Part shown: positions 15,648-23,629 of the stretch, piece by piece
Layout: every line of letters begins with the position of its first letter
Position numbering within the stretch: the first letter of the stretch is position 1
IMG/VR virus record: IMGVR_UViG_3300031162_001157
Span: 1 to 25,153 of that record
Source: a virus
Lineage: Duplodnaviria > Caudoviricetes
Strand: one strand, 5' to 3'
DNA length: 25,153 bases
Made by a program: the position numbers and the translations under genes
Notes under the pieces: model-generated
Told to the model about the DNA's origin: nothing
Database searches by the model: none
The model's input: only the letters and a program-made list of their open reading frames with translations

Positions 15648-16657
15648 TAACCCAGCTTTTTCTTCATGTATTCGATAACTTCGTCAAGACTTTCATCTAA
15701 AGATATATCCGCTTTATAATCTAGGAGCTTCTCTGCTTTTGCTACCGAAGGGATTCTTTTCTGTACGTCGTGCACATATGGATCTTCAGTCGTAAAATTA
15801 AACTCTTTATTAGGATTAAGTTTATTCCAAATTTTTTCCGCTAACTCTAGAACAGTGGTGGCTTCTGCGGTTGAAATATTAAAACATTCATTTAAAGCGT
15901 TTTCATGTTCCATCGCTGTGACTATGCCTCTAGAGATATCTTTGCCATTTGTGTAGCATCTGACTTGATTGCCTTCTCCTAAGATATGAAGTGGGTCTTG
16001 CCCTTTTAATACTTTGTTAATTAAATCAGGTACGACATGAGACATCATTAATTTAACATTACCGCTCATAACCGCCTCTTCAGAAATAGAATCTTCTTCG
16101 CCTACCCCGACACAATTAAAAGGCCTAATAATAGTATAAGGTAGACCATACTGTTCGAAAGCTCCCTTCGCAAAATATTCTGAAGCTAACTTTTGAAAAC
16201 CATACGTTGAAGTCGGCGGCGGACAAAACTTAATAGAATCTTCTTCGCTAGGATACTGATTTGTATTTTCAAAAACCATACTGCTAGATAATACTACTAT
16301 CTTTTTAAGGTTATGATTTTTATATAGATCAATAGCTAAGTCAAAAGTGTTTGCTAAGATTCTTTCGTTAGTAGCCAGCAAATCATACGCGTACTTATGG
16401 AAGTAAGAAATACCTCCTATCATAGCAGCGCCAGCTATAATATACTCGACATCTTCAAGGTTAATGTTGACGACAGGCTTGCCGGATAGATCTAGATTGA
16501 TTAGTTTAAAATTAGGATGTACATCATGTGGCCTACTAACCTCTCCGTACTTAGAAAAATTATCTATACCAATTACTTCGTAACCTTTATCCAAAAGGTC
16601 TTTACAAACATAGCTTCCTATAAAGCCCTGACTTCCTGTTAATATTACTTTACTCAT
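15647..16657 (-). CDS. NAD-dependent nucleotide-sugar epimerase/dehydratase/decarboxylase (extended SDR)
   Basis: TGSQGFIG, LSSSMV, YGFQK (YxxxK), IRPFNCVG and GEGNQVRCYT. Confidence 0.9.
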   Translation of the reverse strand: MSKVILTGSQGFIGSYVCKDLLDKGYEVIGIDNFSKYGEVSRPHDVHPNFKLINLDLSGKPVVNINLEDVEYIIAGAAMIGGISYFHKYAYDLLATNERILANTFDLAIDLYKNHNLKKIVVLSSSMVFENTNQYPSEEDSIKFCPPPTSTYGFQKLASEYFAKGAFEQYGLPYTIIRPFNCVGVGEEDSISEEAVMSGNVKLMMSHVVPDLINKVLKGQDPLHILGEGNQVRCYTNGKDISRGIVTAMEHENALNECFNISTAEATTVLELAEKIWNKLNPNKEFNFTTEDPYVHDVQKRIPSVAKAEKLLDYKADISLDESLDEVIEYMKKKLG

Positions 16658-17450
16658 TTTCTGCGCGCATACCTTCTAGTACGGTTATTTTAAATTTATT
16701 ATTTTGATCCAAGATATCAGAGAAAAAACTTACGCTAGAGTCTTTGCATATGTGAGCTATCGCTCGCATGTCCTTCGGTAAGCACATACCTCCAAAACCT
16801 TTAAATGAGTCATTGCATTGTAAATATTTTTTAGATATATGCTCCCTCTTAGAAACGCAGTTCATTACATTGCTGTAATTTACGCCCATAATTTTACAGG
16901 CTTCACTAAACGCATTTGCAAACGTAATCAAAGTTGCGTTATAGCAATTATTAAAATACTTAACCAACTCTGCTTCGTTAGGGGAAAGCTGGACTACTTC
17001 TTGAGGAAGATCTCCGTGTGCTTCTCTGATAAATTTAAAATCTATATGAGAATTAGTTCCTATTACTAACAAGTCGTGGTTTTCTGTAAAGTCGGTGATA
17101 GCGCATCTTTCTCTTAAAAATTCTGGAACCATGGCCATGCGAAGATGACTATACTTTTTAGATAAGGACTCTGTAGTGCCCGGTTCGACAGTTGATTTAA
17201 TACAAACTATTCCAGTGTACTGAATACCACTTAGCTCGTTTACTACAGACTCTACGATAGAAGTGTCGCACTGTCCTGTTTCTGGGTTTGAGGGAGTCGG
17301 CACACAGATAAAACAAATATCTGTTTCTTTAATATCGTTAATACTTGTCCCATCTTTTGTATCATGATAAGAAACCGTGTGCCCTATAAGTTCAAATCCA
17401 AACTTACAAGCAGAACCTACTACCCCTAAACCTACTATGCCTATTCTCAT
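16650..17450 (-). CDS. UDP-glucose/GDP-mannose dehydrogenase family protein, lacking the C-terminal domain
   Basis: GLGVVG, ICVPTP, KSTVEPG, PEFLRE, AELVKYFNN and catalytic GFGGMCLPKD; only 266 aa. Confidence 0.9.
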   Translation of the reverse strand: MRIGIVGLGVVGSACKFGFELIGHTVSYHDTKDGTSINDIKETDICFICVPTPSNPETGQCDTSIVESVVNELSGIQYTGIVCIKSTVEPGTTESLSKKYSHLRMAMVPEFLRERCAITDFTENHDLLVIGTNSHIDFKFIREAHGDLPQEVVQLSPNEAELVKYFNNCYNATLITFANAFSEACKIMGVNYSNVMNCVSKREHISKKYLQCNDSFKGFGGMCLPKDMRAIAHICKDSSVSFFSDILDQNNKFKITVLEGMRAENE

Positions 17451-18373
17451 AATCTTACGTTAGGATAATTTTCTTCAAACCAGAGATAAGATTTTTTTAA
17501 AGACTCCTTCAAGTTAGTGAATTCAAATTCAGGAAACAGGCTTCTGAGTAGAGTAAGGTTAGACTTTCTAGCCGCTTGGCCTTTGGGTTTAGAAAAATCA
17601 TAAATGACTTCTCTTGGGTATTCGGCAACTTCTTTAAGGGTTTCAGCTATCTCTTTAATGCTGTACTGAGTTTCTCCTGAGATTAAAAGTCTCTCTGGCA
17701 CATCTTCTCTTGCTAAAAGTTGTAAAATAATTCTAGAGATATCATCTACATACAAAAACTCTCTGATAGCTGATCCGTCTCCCCAAACAACAAAGTGGCC
17801 ACCTTCATGCTTGGCTTTGTACATCTTGTGGATTAGAGAAGGTATAACGTGGCCGGAGGCTAGATCAAACAAATCATTTTCTCCAAAGATATTTCCGGGA
17901 ATAATAGAACAATAATTATTTACTTTGTACTGATCTTTGTAGGCTCTTATCTGTACATCTACCATTCTCTTTGCGTGGGCATATGCGAAATTCGCTTCAA
18001 AAGGCGGGCCAGCGTGCATATTGCTTTCCTCCATCTCTTTGCCGTCTGGAAAAACGCAAACAGAAGTAAAAGCAAAAAACTTTTCTACGTTGCTAACTGC
18101 AGCGTGATGAATCATGTACGCGTTCATTAACAGATTCTGATAAAAGAAATCTGCCTGCGCCGCTAAGTTGCCAGCGATACCTCCCACTTTTGCTGCGGTG
18201 TGGATTACATAGTCGGGCTCATATTTAATAAAAAGATTTTTTACATTCCTCTCTACTGTAAGATCTCCGTCTTCCCTAGTTGTAAAAATAAATTGATAAT
18301 CGTAGTTCTCCGAAAGTCTTTTTATAGAGCTTCCTACTAAACCGCCGCCGCCTGTTACTAATACTTTTTTCAT
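17447..18373 (-). CDS. fcl: GDP-L-fucose synthase / ColC-like 4-keto-sugar epimerase-reductase
   Basis: TGGGGLVG, AAKVGGIAGN, SVCVFP, YAHAKR, HVIPSLI and VWGDGSAIREFLYVDD. Confidence 0.9.
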   Translation of the reverse strand: MKKVLVTGGGGLVGSSIKRLSENYDYQFIFTTREDGDLTVERNVKNLFIKYEPDYVIHTAAKVGGIAGNLAAQADFFYQNLLMNAYMIHHAAVSNVEKFFAFTSVCVFPDGKEMEESNMHAGPPFEANFAYAHAKRMVDVQIRAYKDQYKVNNYCSIIPGNIFGENDLFDLASGHVIPSLIHKMYKAKHEGGHFVVWGDGSAIREFLYVDDISRIILQLLAREDVPERLLISGETQYSIKEIAETLKEVAEYPREVIYDFSKPKGQAARKSNLTLLRSLFPEFEFTNLKESLKKSYLWFEENYPNVRL

Positions 18374-18936
18374 TACTTGATTGCTTCTACGTTCAGACTC
18401 ATTAGCTTACCCTCTACATTTCCTCTTTTTTCTCTGCTATTATAAGAAATTTTAGGTAGATAAGATTGGCTATAGTCATCTATATGGAAATGCTCTGTAT
18501 CTCTCCAGTCATACCTTTTCACAGAGCTAAACCCTGCAGACTCTAAATCTTTCTTTAGGGAATCGTAATCCCAGCCAGTATAGTGAAAATCGTACGGATG
18601 CTTTTGTGACCCGTACAAAAGACACTGGATAGGCTTTAAATCTTTATAACATATATAATATTCAAAAAGTGCTTGTAGGTCAGGCACAGAAACTCTTAGC
18701 ACTCCATCTTTCTTAAGGACAGAATACCACCTCTTCATTGCTTCTATTGCCCCTTGTCTACTTGCATGCTCAAGAACATGACATGTATATATCAAATCTA
18801 CAGAGTCATCTTTTACGTTCTCTAATTTGAAGACATCGTCTACTAAGTCTGGATTTACGTCTTCTCTAATGTCAACATTAACGAAGCCATGGATTTTTTT
18901 ATGAAAACATCCTAGATGTAATTTTACTTTATCCAT
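18373..18936 (-). CDS. Class I SAM-dependent methyltransferase (Methyltransf_11-like)
   Basis: KLHLGC, FVNVDI, SVDLIYTCHVLEH and VLKKDGVLRVSVPD. I prefer ATG 18936 (GGAG upstream) to the track start at 18984. Confidence 0.85.
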   Translation of the reverse strand: MDKVKLHLGCFHKKIHGFVNVDIREDVNPDLVDDVFKLENVKDDSVDLIYTCHVLEHASRQGAIEAMKRWYSVLKKDGVLRVSVPDLQALFEYYICYKDLKPIQCLLYGSQKHPYDFHYTGWDYDSLKKDLESAGFSSVKRYDWRDTEHFHIDDYSQSYLPKISYNSREKRGNVEGKLMSLNVEAIK

Positions 18937-19681
18937 ATCTTCTACTCCACTTCTCTTCTTGGTTTTCCCAATTGTCGAAATCAACCTTATAGTTATCTAT
19001 AGCATCTGCTTGACTCCAGAAATCTGTAAATCTTGGCCTGTCATTCTGCAAGTAAGCTTGAAACAATATCGTAGCTTCGGTTGGGGGTGTCCAACTGCAT
19101 CTAAAGATTCTCCTAGGAGAAAGATGGATTTCTCCTCCTTTAGCTTGGGTATAGTAAGCTAACCCGTGCCCGTTCATATTTACATGCTCGTAGCCGCAGT
19201 CTAATCCTCCTACCTCAATAAAATATTCTCTGTTGTACATAAAACAAGGGGCAATTAGCCAATTAGGATTAACTCCAGTCAATCTTTGATCTTCGTGAGT
19301 AGAAGACTTCCAATAGTTTAAATCTTTTGACTGCCTCCCTTTTCCCTCGTCATACATTAATGCCATGCCATGATTTCTGGGCTTGTCTTTTATAAAGTCA
19401 AGAGCTTCTTCGAATGCGCCTTCGTCTAAAGTGCAATCGTCGGGTATAAAAGCTATATAATCTCCAGAGCTATATTTCACTCCCTTTTGAAAGCTTCTAG
19501 ACGGGCAGCCGAAATCTTCTATATACTTAAAATTTTCAGTGTCTGACCCCAATTCGCCGCAAGGACTTGGGCCGCAACACACTAACTCAAAATCGTAATC
19601 GCCTACAGCGACTTCAATTTGATTTAATATACTAGGCCAAGTGTGTGGGTTTATGCTTGGTAAAACTATAGAGACTTTCAT
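18929..19681 (-). CDS. GT2-like glycosyltransferase, paralog 1
   Basis: VSIVLPSI, FELVCCGP, SSGDYIAFIPDD and VGGLDCGYE. I prefer ATG 19681 to 19726. Confidence 0.8.
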   Translation of the reverse strand: MKVSIVLPSINPHTWPSILNQIEVAVGDYDFELVCCGPSPCGELGSDTENFKYIEDFGCPSRSFQKGVKYSSGDYIAFIPDDCTLDEGAFEEALDFIKDKPRNHGMALMYDEGKGRQSKDLNYWKSSTHEDQRLTGVNPNWLIAPCFMYNREYFIEVGGLDCGYEHVNMNGHGLAYYTQAKGGEIHLSPRRIFRCSWTPPTEATILFQAYLQNDRPRFTDFWSQADAIDNYKVDFDNWENQEEKWSRRYG

Positions 19682-19683
19682 AA

Positions 19684-20454
19684 TTATTTGAATCTCCTTT
19701 TCCAGACTTTCGGAGCATCCCTCCATCCAAGAGGCTGTTTAAAAGATGTAATATTAGAATAAAGAAGTGGCGTATCATGTTCAATCTGTCCGAAATGAAT
19801 AGGGGCGTGGTCCCCTTGCGTGTTTGGGGTATGATCGCACATGAGCATAGGATATTTAGACATTTTTACTTTGCATCCACTTCTTTGTGCTCTTATGGCC
19901 ATATCAGCATGCGCTATTGGGCAAGTTTCGTACGCACAATCCCAAGCTTTCAACTCTTCAAAAAAAGAACGGTGCATCAAAGCGACGTTAAATATCCACC
20001 AATCGTTTGGCACGAAAGGTTCTGTCGTTCCATACGCTTTATTTAATTTGTAATAATCGTCATCTTGAAATCTTTGTTTATGAGAAAAATTTTCGCTTTC
20101 TGAGTATTTAGCGACCAAAACATTATCGTAGTCGTCGCCCATATCTTTCAATTCTTTAAAGTTGTTATCTAGAGCATTTTTAATAAATAAAGAATCGTCT
20201 GATATCCAAGTTATATAAGGGGCCTCTGCTAATGACGCAGCTATGTTAGAAGCTCTTACTGGAGAACCCCAATCTGTGACTAGTTTAATATCCTTATTCC
20301 CTTCTAGCTCCTTTGGTAAACTATAAGGAGAAGCAATTATTAGCTCAAAATTCTCTGAGGTTGCTTCTAGTATGGAATTATAAACCGCAAGCCACCTAGA
20401 CTGCCTAATAGCTGGCATTATTATACTTATCTGAGGGCTTGCTTCGTCTTTCAT
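19684..20454 (-). CDS. GT2-like glycosyltransferase, paralog 2
   Basis: ISIIMPAIR, FELIIASP, YITWISDD and AWDCAYE...HADMAIRAQ. Confidence 0.8.
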   Translation of the reverse strand: MKDEASPQISIIMPAIRQSRWLAVYNSILEATSENFELIIASPYSLPKELEGNKDIKLVTDWGSPVRASNIAASLAEAPYITWISDDSLFIKNALDNNFKELKDMGDDYDNVLVAKYSESENFSHKQRFQDDDYYKLNKAYGTTEPFVPNDWWIFNVALMHRSFFEELKAWDCAYETCPIAHADMAIRAQRSGCKVKMSKYPMLMCDHTPNTQGDHAPIHFGQIEHDTPLLYSNITSFKQPLGWRDAPKVWKRRFK

Positions 20455-21260
20455 TTCTTAAATCTTCTCGCCCAAACGTCGGGACACTTTTCCCAGTTAT
20501 TATATGAAATTTTTAATCTATTTTCTAGATTATTTTTAGGGTTATTGTATATACCTAAGAACTTACTAGAGTCCGGTCCTGTTTGAGCGTCGTGAACTGG
20601 GCCATGGTCACCAGCGTGCTCCGGCAAATGAGAACATAAGAAAGCCGTTTTGCTTAGATTGTGGATAGTACCGCCTAAGTATTGCAATCTAAACATCAAG
20701 TCGTGTATAGCGTGATTAGAATACTCCCATTCGCAGTCAAGGCCTCCAACTTCTCTAAAAGTTTCTAACTTCATAAAGAAGTGCATGCACATCTTCCAGT
20801 TTTGATTTATTAAAGGCAGTCTTAAATCTCCGTGATAGTTTACGTTCCAGTAGTTATCTGGATGATGAGAAGAATGGTTAGATAAAGGCTCAAGGGTATC
20901 TGCATCTAGGCAGCCCTCGTTATAAATCATATTTATAACTTCGTACTTACCAAACCTGCACTCTATTGTATCGCAAGCTAAATCTATACAACCTTCTTGT
21001 ATTAATCCGTCATCTGTAGTATTGTAAAGATACTTTGCATTACATAACATGATAGCCGCCTGCTTTGCGGCAGTTGGGGCCATACGAGTTTTAAAAAGTT
21101 TTATATTATCAAACTCTTCCAGCTCCTCTGGTAGATTATAAGGAGACGCTATAACTATTTCGAAAGTTCTCTCCTTGCAGGCTTTTTCTGCGGCCCTATA
21201 AAACTTATATAAATTTTTAGGCCTAATAGAAGGTAAAATTATAGATACATCTTTTTTCAT
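20451..21260 (-). CDS. GT2-like glycosyltransferase, paralog 3
   Basis: VSIILPSIR, FEIVIASP, YLYNTTDD and VGGLDCEWE...HDLMFRLQ. Confidence 0.8.
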   Translation of the reverse strand: MKKDVSIILPSIRPKNLYKFYRAAEKACKERTFEIVIASPYNLPEELEEFDNIKLFKTRMAPTAAKQAAIMLCNAKYLYNTTDDGLIQEGCIDLACDTIECRFGKYEVINMIYNEGCLDADTLEPLSNHSSHHPDNYWNVNYHGDLRLPLINQNWKMCMHFFMKLETFREVGGLDCEWEYSNHAIHDLMFRLQYLGGTIHNLSKTAFLCSHLPEHAGDHGPVHDAQTGPDSSKFLGIYNNPKNNLENRLKISYNNWEKCPDVWARRFKK

Positions 21261-21790
21261 TTTTCGTTATAGTAGTCGCCCCACTCAACTAATATGGTAG
21301 ACTTGCCGTCTTCCCTTTCGTAGGCTTTTTGATAAGATTCAAAAATTTGATCAGGTTCATCGAGTCTAATAACTTCTATATTAGGAGCCATTAGTTTAAA
21401 TGCGTCTGTATAGTCTCCGACATGTTGATGCTGTGGGTGTAAAGGTCTTTCTGAGCCTATGGAAGCCCTAATGATCACCTTAGGTCTGTAGTCAGACATC
21501 TCAGGTATTTTATCTAAGTGATTTACGATTTGATTTGTGGCCAGAAGCAAGAAATTCCATCTAGGAAAAATAGAAACAGGCACGTTGTCTCCAGCTAAAG
21601 CCAAGCCGTTCGTAAAGCCCATTTGCATGTCTTCGCAGACAGGAAACTCAATAAGCTTTTCTTTAGCCACATCTTTTAGGGTGTTGCTCATGCCCGTACC
21701 CGCAACCTCAACAGCTTGACCTATAAATAGCGTGTCTGGCTTTTCTCCAAGCCATTCCATAGATCTTTTTAGCTCATCAAAATATTTCAT
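21257..21790 (-). CDS. ThDP-dependent 2-oxoacid dehydrogenase E1-beta/transketolase pyrimidine-binding domain only
   Basis: FIGQAV, EFPVCEDMQMGFTNGLALAG, NQIVN, VIIR and PQHQH; 177 aa with no C-terminal domain. Confidence 0.88.
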   Translation of the reverse strand: MKYFDELKRSMEWLGEKPDTLFIGQAVEVAGTGMSNTLKDVAKEKLIEFPVCEDMQMGFTNGLALAGDNVPVSIFPRWNFLLLATNQIVNHLDKIPEMSDYRPKVIIRASIGSERPLHPQHQHVGDYTDAFKLMAPNIEVIRLDEPDQIFESYQKAYEREDGKSTILVEWGDYYNEK

Positions 21791-22413
21791 TAGAATTGGA
21801 TTCTTTTGCCTGCTCCAGCATGTGGATATTTTGTATCGTATTTGTAATATATAACATTGCCTCTTGAATTAAGTAGATCTAGCTCTTCATAAGAAAGGTT
21901 CTTCATATTCCAAGTTTCCCTTGTGTTAGTGCAGACGCTTTTGCCATTGTCCTCCACTACCCAAGTAATAGGGAGATTCTGAGAAGTAGAATACTTTACG
22001 TTTTCGTGAAAGGAACCTGTTTCAGAGGTCATTTCTCCGACGAAGCACCAAACATTCGCCGTAGAACCTTTTCTCTTTTCAGCCAAAGCTCTGCCATTTG
22101 CGATAGGAATGCTGCCGGTTACAATAGCGGAAGAGAAAATTCTGTACTCTGGGTAACATAAAGTTATAGACTTTCCTGCTAATATGTCTTTCTTGAGTTG
22201 ATCTCTAGGTACGCCTTTCAGCAAGCATTGATAGTGGCTTCGCCAAGTACAGAATACATAATCCTCTTCTTTTACATCTTCAAATATTTTAATTATCTTT
22301 TCTTCATTGCCACTATATAAATGAATTGGAGCTCTAATTTCAGCATTATTAAAACATTCCGCTATTTCTTCCTCAAAAGATATTAAGTCTTGTGGCGTTA
22401 AATTAGTTCTCAT
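21790..22413 (-). CDS. ThDP-dependent E1-alpha-like subunit (short)
   Basis: PIHLYSGNE, TWRSHY, SAIVTGSIPIANG and a ThDP-binding motif variant GEM...VVEDN; 207 aa. Confidence 0.88.
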   Translation of the reverse strand: MRTNLTPQDLISFEEEIAECFNNAEIRAPIHLYSGNEEKIIKIFEDVKEEDYVFCTWRSHYQCLLKGVPRDQLKKDILAGKSITLCYPEYRIFSSAIVTGSIPIANGRALAEKRKGSTANVWCFVGEMTSETGSFHENVKYSTSQNLPITWVVEDNGKSVCTNTRETWNMKNLSYEELDLLNSRGNVIYYKYDTKYPHAGAGKRIQF

Positions 22414-23629
22414 TTAGTATTTCAGTTATATAGTTAATCTTAGACTCTCCTAGTTCGGGATAGTTTCCAATGTACCATCCAAAGTGATGACAGTGGTCCG
22501 CTTCTGGATAGTCTAATGGGTCAGGAGCCTTGTAGACGCCATTGATTTTGATATTAAAATTCTTAACATATTTTTCTATATAAGGTTGACGAATTTGGCT
22601 ACCGCCTCCAGAGAGACCTCTTCTGAACTCTATATCATGCTTATTTAGTTTTTCTTCTATCTTATCTCTTAAATTAAAGTCAGGTTCATTTAAGATGGGA
22701 GTAAATGCATAATTAGAGTTGCCTTCATGATTCAAATCAGTTCTAAACTTTTCTGAGTCTAGGTTGTTCATGAAGGTATAATAGTTTTCATTTCTGCGCT
22801 TATTGTTAGCGTCTAGTCTTTTAAGCTGGTTAGATGCAAGAACAGCATTGATTTCAGTACTTCTGAAATTGTAAGCTGCTTCCGCAAAGATGAAATCTGA
22901 GTTTAGATCTGGATACTCTTCTATATACTCGTTTTTGAGAGCATCGCTAGAAGCTTCTCTAACCATACCGTGAGACCTGAACATTCTACAGAATTGGTAT
23001 ATCTCAGGATCATCAGTACTTACCATTCCCCCTTCAATAGAAGTCATATGATGAGCATAATAAAAAGAGAAATTTGAAATCTTGCCAAAAGTTCCGACCT
23101 TCTTTCCTTTGAAAGTCGCGCCATGAGACTCGCAAACATCTTCTACTAAAATTAAATCATTATCTTCGCATAACTTTAGTATTTTATCTGTTAGCCCGTT
23201 ATATCCTAAAACATGCGTTAGAAATACTACTTTAGTTTTCCTAGTAATTTTTTCTTCTAACTCGTCTTCATCTATAGCGAGAGTTTTTGGATTAATGTCG
23301 CAGAATACAGGAGTGAAGCCGTTTTGTAAAACTGCAGATATATCTGATATCCAAGTAATTGGCGGAACTATAACTTCTGCACCTTCTGGTAGAATTTGTT
23401 TTAAAGATAAAAAGGTAATCTGGTTAGCGGAAGACCCAGAGTTGACCATTATATTATTTGGCATGCAGAGCCGAGTTGGGTCATTGGTCAGCCATTGCCC
23501 CCACTCTTTTTCGAATTGCTTTACTCTTTTATTATTAGTAAGTATAGGTTGAGGGTCTTGTGACAAGAAATCAACTAAGACGTTTAAGTCCTCCTTGCTA
23601 ATATTGTCTGACATTAATGGGTGTTTCAT
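22403..23629 (-). CDS. DegT-family PLP enzyme of the His type, ColD-like GDP-4-keto-6-deoxy-D-mannose 3-dehydratase
   Basis: VNSGSSAN, THVLG, EDVCESHGA, SFYYAHHMTSIEGG (His at the usual Schiff-base Lys position), RSHG and YNFR. No Cys-rich Fe-S insert as in CDP-pathway E1/RfbH. Confidence 0.85.
   Translation of the reverse strand: MKHPLMSDNISKEDLNVLVDFLSQDPQPILTNNKRVKQFEKEWGQWLTNDPTRLCMPNNIMVNSGSSANQITFLSLKQILPEGAEVIVPPITWISDISAVLQNGFTPVFCDINPKTLAIDEDELEEKITRKTKVVFLTHVLGYNGLTDKILKLCEDNDLILVEDVCESHGATFKGKKVGTFGKISNFSFYYAHHMTSIEGGMVSTDDPEIYQFCRMFRSHGMVREASSDALKNEYIEEYPDLNSDFIFAEAAYNFRSTEINAVLASNQLKRLDANNKRRNENYYTFMNNLDSEKFRTDLNHEGNSNYAFTPILNEPDFNLRDKIEEKLNKHDIEFRRGLSGGGSQIRQPYIEKYVKNFNIKINGVYKAPDPLDYPEADHCHHFGWYIGNYPELGESKINYITEILNEN

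Noticed and set aside
21257-22413. Housekeeping pyruvate dehydrogenase (pdhA/pdhB) as a central-metabolism auxiliary gene
   Set aside because: Both subunits are strongly shortened, E2/E3 are absent from the window, and the genes are embedded among sugar-nucleotide genes.
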